A stretch of DNA of 24,000 nt from Treponema sp. (GTDB lineage Bacteria; Spirochaetota; Spirochaetia; Treponematales; Treponemataceae), in assembly GCA_022510905.1 (NCBI GenBank), contig JAFLSN010000001.1, positions 181,001 to 205,000 on the forward strand, read 5' to 3'. Below, piece by piece: positions 8,533 through 15,827 of the stretch (the first letter of the stretch is position 1; every line of letters starts with the position of its first letter). Below the pieces are notes generated by a model that did not search any database, was not told the origin of the DNA, and was given only the letters and a program-made list of their open reading frames with translations. A program made the position numbers and the translations under genes.

Positions 8533-9087
8533 ATGGACTTTGGAGATATTTTGAACCAGTGGGATGCTGCACAAAAGAAAGTGCCGCAAAAAAAATCATA
8601 CCCGCAGAAATCGCACAAAAAAGCAAATGCACCAACAAAAGAGGAAAAAGAAGCGCTACGCCAAGGCTACACCTTTGAACAGCAGATGCAGAAAGATAAC
8701 CAGCAGCGCATAAATCCTATAGAATTATGGCTCAACCGATACGGCACAGTTGACAAAGACAAAATCGCCGATGAAGCAGCAGAACGGGCCCTCCTGCACA
8801 ACCTCGAATATCTGCGTTCTTTAAAACCGCAAGCCATCCTGGACTTGCATGGCCTCACCCGCGACGAAGCCTGGGCAAGGGTCAACTTGTTTGTAGGAGA
8901 CTGCAAACGGCGCGGACTCCGCAAAATCATGATTATTCACGGAAAAGGCAACCACAGCCACGGCTCAGATCCTGTGCTGGGACCAATGGTCAAACAGTTC
9001 ATTGAACAGGATGCGCGACTTGGCACCAGCGGCCACCCCGACCGAAACAACGGTGGGTCTGGTGCAACATGGGTGCTTTTAAAATAA
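8533..9087 (+). CDS. Smr (MutS2 C-terminal-like) domain protein
   Basis: The ORF track gives 8494..9087. ATG 8533 (MDFGDILNQWD) is preceded by GGAGGA at 8519-8524. Smr signature LDLHGLTRDEAWARVNLFVGDCKRRGLRKIMIIHGKGNHS. Confidence 0.85.
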   Translation: MDFGDILNQWDAAQKKVPQKKSYPQKSHKKANAPTKEEKEALRQGYTFEQQMQKDNQQRINPIELWLNRYGTVDKDKIADEAAERALLHNLEYLRSLKPQAILDLHGLTRDEAWARVNLFVGDCKRRGLRKIMIIHGKGNHSHGSDPVLGPMVKQFIEQDARLGTSGHPDRNNGGSGATWVLLK

Positions 9088-9147
9088 TTTGCTGTTTTTC
9101 TTGCATAAGCCTTGTAATTACCATGATTTTTGAGTATTTTTTTACTG

Positions 9148-9747
9148 ATGGAAGATTTATACCAAACACTCGGGGTTTCAAAAACAGCCACCGCAGAAGA
9201 AATCAAAAAAGCATACCGCAACCTCGCATTCAAATACCACCCCGACCGAAACTCAGGCGATAAAGCAGCTGAAGAAAAATTCAAGCAAGTCAATTCCGCA
9301 TATTCTGTCCTGGGAGATGAAACAAAACGACGCCAATATGACCTTTACGGCTCCACGCAATCCTATCAGCAATATCAGCGGAATGGAAGTGATTTCCAAC
9401 AAACAGAAAAAGAGTCAGGATTCTACGGAACAGGCACTTATGGTTCATGGAATAGCGGCGGAGATCCATTCTGGGAATTCTTCAACAATCAAGAAAACAG
9501 CCAACATCAATCCCGATACAACCAGCAGTATTCCTACACATGGACTTCGCGCAATACAGAAAAACCAACACGCAAACAGGCTTGGAACATGCTGGGAAGA
9601 AGCGTTTTACAAAGCCTGTTTTCAATTATGGCGCTAAGGCTTTTTTTGCTGTTCTTTCCAATCAACATAATCTGCCTGTATTCAACATTCCGTGGCATTG
9701 CAAATGTGTTTCGTTCATTTAAATACATAGTCGCCAGTGAAAAATAA
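9148..9747 (+). CDS. J-domain (DnaJ-like) protein with low-complexity linker and C-terminal membrane anchor
   Basis: The track ORF begins at TTG 9130; the first ATG is 9148 ([12 protein letters not shown]...). J domain with HPD motif: [69 protein letters not shown]-rich linker, then hydrophobic [30 protein letters not shown]. Confidence 0.85.
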   Translation: MEDLYQTLGVSKTATAEEIKKAYRNLAFKYHPDRNSGDKAAEEKFKQVNSAYSVLGDETKRRQYDLYGSTQSYQQYQRNGSDFQQTEKESGFYGTGTYGSWNSGGDPFWEFFNNQENSQHQSRYNQQYSYTWTSRNTEKPTRKQAWNMLGRSVLQSLFSIMALRLFLLFFPINIICLYSTFRGIANVFRSFKYIVASEK

Positions 9748-9793
9748 CTTCGGTGGCACCTGGAATTGTTAAGGATGATTTTACAAGTGAATT

Positions 9794-10015
9794 TTAACGC
9801 TCACGGAAAATAATACGCCCACGGTTCAAATCATATGGTGAAAGCTCAACTTTCACACTGTCACCGGGAACAATCTTGATATAGTGTTTCCGCATTTTGC
9901 CGCTCAAGTGTGCCAGGATAATATGCTGATTTTTTAATTCCACACGAAACATTGTGTTGGGTAATGCTTCCTTTACAATGCCCTCCACTTCTATAGCGTC
10001 ATCTTTGTTAGCCAC
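9794..10015 (-). CDS. infA: Translation initiation factor IF-1
   Basis: 73 aa with a GTG start preceded by GGAGGA. (M)[70 protein letters not shown] is an unmistakable IF-1 S1-fold sequence. Confidence 0.97.
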   Translation of the reverse strand: MANKDDAIEVEGIVKEALPNTMFRVELKNQHIILAHLSGKMRKHYIKIVPGDSVKVELSPYDLNRGRIIFRER

Positions 10016-10034
10016 GATTCCTCCAAAAATTTAT

Positions 10035-10063
10035 TTGCCTTTTTAATAAATTATTCGTATACT
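10035..10063 (+). promoter_or_regulatory. Candidate sigma70-type promoter for the DksA/TraR gene (TTGCCT-17-TATACT)
   Basis: TTGCCT at 10035-10040, a 17 nt spacer, TATACT at 10058-10063. The predicted TSS near 10070 lies after ATG 10067 and therefore favours the 10106 start. The -10 overlaps a perfect 10 bp palindrome ATACTAGTAT (10059-10068). Confidence 0.4.
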
Positions 10064-10105
10064 AGTATGTACAAAACAGATAAAATTGTCAACAAGGGGC
10101 TTGAT

Positions 10106-10462
10106 ATGAAAAAGGACTTTGTAGAAAAACAGAAAAAAAAGCTCATAACACAGCGTAATCAGATTTTGGAAACTTTGGCCGACCACAGCGAACAATCCCG
10201 CAAACTTGACGAAACAAAAGATTCAGGCGATATTGTTGACATTGCCTCCGGCACCATAGATCGTGCTCTGCTGGATTCATTGGGCTACCAAGACCAGCAG
10301 CGGCTCACCATGATTAACGGTGCGCTTGACCGTATCCAGCAGGGAAATTATGGTCTGTGCCTACGCTGCGGAAAATCAATACCTGAAGGACGGCTTGAAG
10401 CCATTCCTTATGCGGCGCTTTGTGTTACTTGTCAGCAGCAGCTTGAACACGAAAACAAATGA
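10106..10462 (+). CDS. DksA/TraR-family C4-type zinc-finger protein
   Basis: The ORF track gives 10067..10462. ATG 10106 (MKKDFVEKQKKKL) has AAGGGG 6 nt upstream. Coiled-coil N-terminal part and the four-Cys finger CLRCGKSIPEGRLEAIPYAALCVTC. Confidence 0.9.
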   Translation: MKKDFVEKQKKKLITQRNQILETLADHSEQSRKLDETKDSGDIVDIASGTIDRALLDSLGYQDQQRLTMINGALDRIQQGNYGLCLRCGKSIPEGRLEAIPYAALCVTCQQQLEHENK

Positions 10463-11355
10463 TTGTAAAGCACATCAATATTTTGTGAATGGAGCTGGCC
10501 GGCACTAAAGAACAGCAGTTCTTTGTAGCCGGCTTTTTTTGCAAACAGGAGCGCTTCGCAAAAAGCATAGTCCAAGGTTTCCGGGCGATGTGCGTCAGCG
10601 TTTAGCGTTATTGGAACATTTCTTTCATGCAGAAGCTCCAGCAAATCCAAAGAAGGATATGGGCTTTGCATGATGCCACGGGCCATACCTCCCATGTTCA
10701 GCTCAACGCAAACGTCTGCATGTGCAATACTGTTTGCCAGATCCACAAGCTCCTGCCGATACCAGCTGTCATTTTCATTGAACAGGGGCTCTATTCTAAT
10801 ATTCGGGCCGTTCTGTCTGCGAATTAAATCAGCATGTCCTAAAAATGTAAAGGAGCATTTTCTGAGCATATCGCGTTCTGCGGAAAAATAGGCTTGCACT
10901 GCCTGTTTTGTGTTTCCGTTAAAATACTGTTTGATTGCCGTGCGCACCTGAGGCGGGTCGCCGTCAGCTGTAAAAAATCCCTTTGAGCCAGGAACGTAAT
11001 GCACGGAACCAATCAGAAAATCAGGCTTAAACCGACCATAGCTTTCAAGATCAGGGGCACAAACGCCGTCTACAAAATCAGATTCAAATCCCAGAACAAT
11101 TTCTATTGAATCGCGGTACTGTTCCGCCACATGCTGAATCGCGGCACAATATGCTTCGTGTTCGCGTGGCGCAATATGCCAGTCACTTGCAAAAGGATAC
11201 ATGGAATGGCCGCTGAAACCCAAAATATCAAACCGCTTTTGTATCGCGACACGTACTATGGTTTCTGGATCCGCTTTACCATCGCAGAACGTGGTATGGG
11301 TATGATAGTTCGTTTTTTTTGCAGAATCGTTCATCATAAAGCCACTACTGTTCAT
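10432..11355 (-). CDS. PHP-family histidinol-phosphatase-like metal-dependent phosphoesterase
   Basis: 307 aa. N-terminal YHTHTTFCDGK (PHP motif 1), GFSGHS, GSVHYV, LGHADLIRR. The start is uncertain (11355, or the ATGATG at 11337/11334). Its 3' end overlaps the convergent DksA/TraR gene by 31 nt. Confidence 0.85.
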   Translation of the reverse strand: MNSSGFMMNDSAKKTNYHTHTTFCDGKADPETIVRVAIQKRFDILGFSGHSMYPFASDWHIAPREHEAYCAAIQHVAEQYRDSIEIVLGFESDFVDGVCAPDLESYGRFKPDFLIGSVHYVPGSKGFFTADGDPPQVRTAIKQYFNGNTKQAVQAYFSAERDMLRKCSFTFLGHADLIRRQNGPNIRIEPLFNENDSWYRQELVDLANSIAHADVCVELNMGGMARGIMQSPYPSLDLLELLHERNVPITLNADAHRPETLDYAFCEALLFAKKAGYKELLFFSAGQLHSQNIDVLYNHLFSCSSCC

Positions 11356-12595
11356 GCGAAATAATATCCAGCACTTTCCGTATGATTGTACCAGGTTTTT
11401 GCGGTTTGATTAAAAAACTGCTTGCGCCCAATGTCATAGACGTAACGATGGTTTCTTTTTCAACTGCCTGCGAATATATAAGAATCGGCGTTGAAAAATT
11501 GACCCGTTGTAAATTCTTAAGCACATCGGTGCCTGTCATACCAACCAAATCCAAGTTAAGAATAACGGCATCAAATTTCTGTCCGTTAGAAACAGCGTCC
11601 ATAAAATCAGTGCCGTTTGAAAATGCCAGCACTTTTCCACCGATTGCGGCAAATGCTTCTTGCAATGTTTTTCTAGTTATACCATCACCATCAATCACGG
11701 CAATTTCCATGAGCAGGCCGCGGTCTGAATCTGAAATTCTTCGGGAACCCAAATCTTTTACAAAGCGCATTCCCACTTCACCTGTTTCAACCTGACCATT
11801 TGCATCGAGTATTCTGTTTGCAACAAGTTCCGCGAGGTTTGTGTTAGTGCTGCTATCTACCAGCGTTTCAAGCACATCGCTAAGCCGAGTTGCAACAGTA
11901 ATACCCACATAGGATGGATGGCCCTCAATCAACTCTTTTGTAAATGTATCAAATGAAAGCACTTTTACATTTTTGTTTTGCACCCGGTTGTCCGCAATCA
12001 CGTTGTCCAACAACTGCTCAAGATTTGCGCCGTCCATAAACGAAAGCTGCAAGGCAGTCATCATTATAATGATTTTCGGATGGTTGATGTTGTTGCTGTT
12101 CATCACCTGGGGGAGCTTGTATTTGAGCAGCGAGATTTTTTCTTTATTCAGCCCTTGGGCAATTTCTATAAAAATGATATTTTCATTTATATGCATCTGC
12201 AAAATGCAAGGTGTGGTGTCCATAGAAAATGGCTTTTTTAAAATCTTTGAAACAGAGGCAAAATAAATATCAAATTTTATGGGCTTGGTGAAATATTTCA
12301 TAACACCATAATGCGCAAGAAGTGCCACTTTTTTGCGTTCAATCACAGGGCCGCTTATAATAATGGGAATACCATGGGCATTCGGGTCACTCCGTTTTTT
12401 TTCCAGAAAATCATCAAGCTCATCTAGGTCTTTGGCAATATTGATAATCACCAAATCGGGCAAAATATTGATAAGACGTGTATAGGCATCACGTTTACCC
12501 GATGCAGTTTCAACATGTACGTGTTCAGCTTCAAGTTTCTCCTTTAAAAAATCGGTGAACATCGGAGAGGCATCTATCAAGAGCACAGATTTCAT
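11345..12595 (-). CDS. REC-STAS-REC three-domain protein (both receiver domains atypical at the phospho-acceptor position)
   Basis: 416 aa starting at ATG 12595. REC1 spans residues 1-120 (VLLIDAS, DLVIINIAKD, PIIISG, YFTKP). The central region, about 131-245, resembles SpoIIAA-type STAS (IIFIEIAQGLNKEKISLLKYKL...KIIIMMTALQLSFMDGANLEQLL...VKVLSF). REC2 spans about 297-410 (IAVIDGDG, DAVILNLDLVGMTG, PILIYSQ, SFLIKPQ). Confidence 0.85.
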   Translation of the reverse strand: MKSVLLIDASPMFTDFLKEKLEAEHVHVETASGKRDAYTRLINILPDLVIINIAKDLDELDDFLEKKRSDPNAHGIPIIISGPVIERKKVALLAHYGVMKYFTKPIKFDIYFASVSKILKKPFSMDTTPCILQMHINENIIFIEIAQGLNKEKISLLKYKLPQVMNSNNINHPKIIIMMTALQLSFMDGANLEQLLDNVIADNRVQNKNVKVLSFDTFTKELIEGHPSYVGITVATRLSDVLETLVDSSTNTNLAELVANRILDANGQVETGEVGMRFVKDLGSRRISDSDRGLLMEIAVIDGDGITRKTLQEAFAAIGGKVLAFSNGTDFMDAVSNGQKFDAVILNLDLVGMTGTDVLKNLQRVNFSTPILIYSQAVEKETIVTSMTLGASSFLIKPQKPGTIIRKVLDIISHEQ

Positions 12596-12702
12596 GCATA
12601 CATTTTACAATTTTAGTTGTATAATTTCAACAGGAATGGTTCCTTGGCAAGAGCCTATTCAGCACATTGTTTGGCAGATAAAATACTGAAGCCGGGCGCT
12701 AC

Positions 12703-12758
12703 GGTTCGTTTTGCGGAATGCTGAAGACCAAGTTTTTATCAGTCAAATCTGAAACAAC
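12703..12758 (-). repeat. Degenerate copy E of the intergenic repeat family
   Basis: The minus strand reads gttgtttcagatttgactgataaaaacttggtcttcagcattccgcaaaacgaacc. It shares tttc.ga..ttg..tgataaaaa with the core of copies D/B, and cttcagca / ttccgcaaaacgaacc with the 3' block (compare ctttcagcacaaacc in A and ttccgcacaaacc in C). Similarity is weak outside these blocks. Confidence 0.3.
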
Positions 12759-12948
12759 TTGCCAAACTGCCGTCAACGTGTCCGTTCACACGGACAAGCG
12801 CGACATCTTTGGAAGTCAAGACTTTATGTGGTGCCGCGTTTTTAGGAACGTTTAAAATCAGTGTCGAAATACCGCCGCTGATTTTAACTCCGACTTTTTC
12901 AAAACTCGGTTATCTACTGCCGTTTTTCACTCCGTTACTAAATGGCGT

Positions 12949-12990
12949 TTCCTGCACTGAAAAAACTTGATATTTTTTTTAGTGCAGGAA
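12949..12990. repeat. Perfect 10 bp inverted repeat (TTCCTGCACT / AGTGCAGGAA) with a 22 nt A6...T8 loop that can extend the stem
   Basis: Read directly: ttcctgcact (12949-12958), gaaaaaacttgatatttttttt, agtgcaggaa (12981-12990). Lies about 80 nt upstream of the DJ-1 pseudogene start. Confidence 0.6.
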
Positions 12991-13072
12991 GCATATGAAC
13001 CAAAAATTTTACCGTAGACAGTGTGAATGCGATAAATACACATGCCACACGGCATTTTTTAGGAGGATAAAC

Positions 13073-13578
13073 ATGAAAAAGCACTCGTATCTTTGGCAGA
13101 AGGATTTGAAGAAATAGAAACGGTAACGCCCATCGACTACTTGCGATGCGCCGGTGCCGAAGTAACGTTTGCAGCCACAGGCAGTGTGAATCGTACCGTT
13201 ATGGGAGCACATGGAATACCGGTCACGGCAGACACAACACTTGATGCATATCTTGCCAGACGCGGTAATTGTTCCCGGAGGACTGCCAGGAACCGCAAAC
13301 ATTGCAAAATGCCAGCCGGCACTTTCTTTTCATATATGAAATGATGGCACAGAATAAAGTGGTTGCGGCAATCTGTGCGGCCTCTTCAAGTGCCCGCAAA
13401 CACACAGGCACCACAACACGCATCAACACATGTAAGCGGTGTGCCGTTTATCCATGACGACACCGTTATTACTGGACGCAGCTCTGGTGCCGCCGAAGAA
13501 TTTTCCATGGAACTGGTGCGTACCCTGTTTGACCAAAAAACAGCGGAAAATATCAAACAGGCCTCTTGCCAACGATAG
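13073..13578 (+). pseudogene. DJ-1/PfpI (ThiJ) family gene disrupted by at least four frame changes
   Basis: AGGAGG then ATG 13073 opens a frame that stops after 14 codons (MKKHSYLWQKDLKK*). Family-typical sequence then continues in other frames: (K)ALVSLAEGFEEIETVTPIDYLRCAGAEVTFAATGS...GIPVTADTTLDAYL (track ORF 13093..), PDAVIVPGGLPGTANIAKCQPALSF (another frame), IYEMMAQNKVVAAICAA (track ORF 13269..), and DDTVITGRSSGAAEEFSMELVRTLFDQKTAENI (track ORF 13363..13578). The first shift coincides with the A5 run in atgaaaaagc; one extra A would restore MKKALVSLAEGFEE. The usual GPG motif reads SSG. Confidence 0.7.
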
Positions 13579-13583
13579 CGCCG

Positions 13584-14120
13584 TTATCGTTTGTCAATCA
13601 TCACCTTTACAATTTCTCCAATATACATGGTGTGAAAATCATCGTTGCGGTAATTCTGCTTGCACAGCCTTTCTTCAACAAAGCTGTACGGGCTGAATTC
13701 CTGCGCATACAGTTTTTGGCAAAACAGCACCAACCGGGCTTGCGCAATCCACGGCGTTCCGTTCATGTATTCAACGTCCAGCTTTGCTTCTTTTAGCTTG
13801 TTCACGGTGCGCCCGCTGTGACTTCCGCAGTAATCAAGAGCTGTCTTGAATTTCTGCGGCAACACGCTCAAAGAAAATCTATCGGTGCTGTCAATAATTT
13901 CTTTTGTATACCTGGATGGACGAAGATAAATTGTTGCAACCGGCTTGTTCCACAATACACCTAACCCACCCCAACTTGCAGTCATTGTATTCACTCTGCC
14001 CGTGCGGATTTCTCCGTTTGAATCGGTTTCTCTTGTACATGCAGTAACAAGCAGCCAGTCCTTTCCGATAAGTTTAAAAGGATTGTCTGTGAGAGCTTCC
14101 GGGGAAATTGTTTTAAACAT
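13584..14120 (-). CDS. Flavin reductase-like (FMN-binding split-barrel) domain protein
   Basis: The track ORF 13584..14159 starts at TTG. I prefer ATG 14120 (MFKTISPEALTDNPFKLIGKDWLLVTA), with GAGG 7 nt upstream and a candidate promoter whose -10 lies at 14148-14153. NTMTASWGGLGVLWNKPVATIYLRPSRYT is typical of the flavin reductase-like domain family as I recall it. Confidence 0.85.
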   Translation of the reverse strand: MFKTISPEALTDNPFKLIGKDWLLVTACTRETDSNGEIRTGRVNTMTASWGGLGVLWNKPVATIYLRPSRYTKEIIDSTDRFSLSVLPQKFKTALDYCGSHSGRTVNKLKEAKLDVEYMNGTPWIAQARLVLFCQKLYAQEFSPYSFVEERLCKQNYRNDDFHTMYIGEIVKVMIDKR

Positions 14121-14147
14121 GAACATACCTCGCGTAGTGATAGATGC

Positions 14148-14176
14148 AGTATAACTCAAACCGCCTGCAAGGTAAA
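14148..14176 (-). promoter_or_regulatory. Candidate sigma70-type promoter for the flavin reductase-like gene (TTTACC-17-TATACT on the minus strand)
   Basis: The minus strand reads tttacc (14176-14171), a 17 nt spacer, tatact (14153-14148), about 28 nt upstream of ATG 14120. Confidence 0.35.
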
Positions 14177-14187
14177 TGCCGATTCTT

Positions 14188-14297
14188 GGTTCATGCGGAA
14201 AAGAGCTAACAATGCCGTTTGAAAATAGTCCAGAAGCGTTTTTTATGCTTAAGCATTCTTAACCTGCGCAGTGCCGCTTGAATGCGTTGCAAGTAGT
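14188..14297 (-). repeat. Degenerate copy F of the intergenic repeat family
   Basis: The minus strand reads actacttgcaacgcattcaagcgg...cattgttagctcttttccgcatgaacc. It retains caacgca..(t)tc..gcgg of the 5' block, the cattg spacer motif, and the 3' block cttttccgcatgaacc (compare cttttccgcacaaacc in copy C). It also holds a perfect 12 bp palindrome ATGCTTAAGCAT at 14246-14257. Confidence 0.4.
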
Positions 14298-14350
14298 TTT
14301 CATGCTTAATTCTATCGCTCCTGGATATTTCAGCTTCAAAATTCCAGAAA

Positions 14351-15715
14351 TTATATTTCTGGTTGTGTTGGAATTTTCAGATTGCCAGAAGAAACAACAT
14401 TCCGTGGATCGGTTAAATCCGTGCCGTTTTGTTCTTCCGCAGATTGTATTTTTGACACATGAAATGCATTCCAGTCAACCTTTCGCGTAAAAAACATAAC
14501 AGCCGCCAAAATAATAAACGCAAACAGCGAGCCAATCAAAAATGCATAATCTTCGGATTTGAGCGAAAAATACAGATAGGCATACAGCAACACAAACACG
14601 CCGCTCATTATTATTCCACTGCGTATGCGTTTTGTGACAGATGCAAGATAGCTGCTGACCAAAAGCGATGCAGCGCTGGCAGCCAAAAGATATGAAGCAA
14701 AAAATGAAATGTGTTCTGAAAAAGAAAGCAAAAGCAAAAAGAAAATAATGCACGCCGCGCCACTAAGCAAATAGTGCATGGGATGCAAATGAATGTGTGC
14801 AAACAGTTCTGACAAAAATAAAACCAAAAATGGAACAAGGATGAACAAAAAACCATATGTGCATGCTCGGTTCAACTGTTTATACAAATCAACCGGCCGA
14901 ACATATCTGAATCCAATTTTAGAAGATGTATTTGCAAAAGGAATGTTCCAGCTTGCAGTAAATCCGTTGGCGGTAATTGCGTGTGTATCGGGCAGATAAT
15001 CAAAACCGGCAAAACCCGGTGAAGGCCAATCGGCAGTTACAGTGACCGATGTTTCTTTTGCAGCAGGAACGACTATAAATTTATCGGCTCCGCGAAAATT
15101 CACACTTGTGCTAAATGTGTTTTTTCCTTTTTTGATGACACATGGAACACCAATGCAGTCCCCTATTGATCCATACTCGTGGGATTCTTTTAAATCAGCA
15201 CTCTGCGAGAAACCATTCACATCAAACACTGGATGTTTTGTAAGATTTTTTTTGTCAGCATTGATATACAACATGGCTTTATCAAGTTGATATTCATAAC
15301 CGTCTGCATTTTCAAAATCAATATCAAATGTTGCGTCAAGATTCAATGTGCCTGTGTATATGGGTGCAGAATATATGCCGACACTGCGCATCTGCGACTC
15401 CAGTTCGCCTTGCATCAAAAGTGACGATGCTCTAACAGTTTCATAAACAAGCTCAACATTTTTATCGCGGACAGTTTTATTGTCCACGGTTCGCTCAACA
15501 TACCAAGTGTGTACTACCGGTATCTCAAGATATGGGCCGTCCATGCGCATTGCACCACCCGCCGAGTGCTCAATGGTGTATTTTGCATCTTCATATGTAT
15601 GCTCGCGGCTTTTACGCTGTCCCTGTATGCAAAACAAGCCAACAAGCAATATGCAAAAAATTACGCCAATAAAAAATAATTTTGAACCAATTCCATTCCA
15701 TTTTTTCTGTTTCAT
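14351..15715 (-). CDS. creD: CreD-family inner membrane (cell envelope integrity) protein
   Basis: The track ORF starts at TTG 15766. ATG 15715 (MKQKKWNGIGSKLFFIGVIFCILLV) has GGAGG 7 nt upstream. Architecture is an N-terminal TM, a roughly 280 aa exported domain, then a polytopic C-terminus with PVDLYKQLNRACTYGFLFILVPFLVLFLSE...HPMHYLLSGAACIIFFLLLLSFSEHISF, matching the CreD signature as I recall it. Confidence 0.9.
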   Translation of the reverse strand: MKQKKWNGIGSKLFFIGVIFCILLVGLFCIQGQRKSREHTYEDAKYTIEHSAGGAMRMDGPYLEIPVVHTWYVERTVDNKTVRDKNVELVYETVRASSLLMQGELESQMRSVGIYSAPIYTGTLNLDATFDIDFENADGYEYQLDKAMLYINADKKNLTKHPVFDVNGFSQSADLKESHEYGSIGDCIGVPCVIKKGKNTFSTSVNFRGADKFIVVPAAKETSVTVTADWPSPGFAGFDYLPDTHAITANGFTASWNIPFANTSSKIGFRYVRPVDLYKQLNRACTYGFLFILVPFLVLFLSELFAHIHLHPMHYLLSGAACIIFFLLLLSFSEHISFFASYLLAASAASLLVSSYLASVTKRIRSGIIMSGVFVLLYAYLYFSLKSEDYAFLIGSLFAFIILAAVMFFTRKVDWNAFHVSKIQSAEEQNGTDLTDPRNVVSSGNLKIPTQPEI

Positions 15716-15827
15716 AAAAATGCCTCCATTTATTTGTAAGCAGACCATACAAAACAACTGTGGCAAAATTATGGCATAAATGTGTTTTTTAAGAATCTTT
15801 AGTTCTAAGCTTCACAGAACAAAACCG

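Noticed and set aside
10059-10068. Perfect 10 bp palindrome ATACTAGTAT in the infA / DksA-TraR divergent region as an operator
   Set aside because: It coincides with the -10-like TATACT and is short, so a regulatory site cannot be distinguished from promoter sequence.
12739-12909. 56-codon open frame on the minus strand with protein-like composition
   Set aside because: No start codon near its 5' end, below any sensible length cut-off, and it lies in a decaying region. Kept only as a possible gene remnant inside the decay finding.
13009-13429. Minus-strand ORFs 13009..13302, 13137..13322 and 13223..13429
   Set aside because: They lie antisense to the recognisable DJ-1/PfpI pseudogene fragments, with no motifs.
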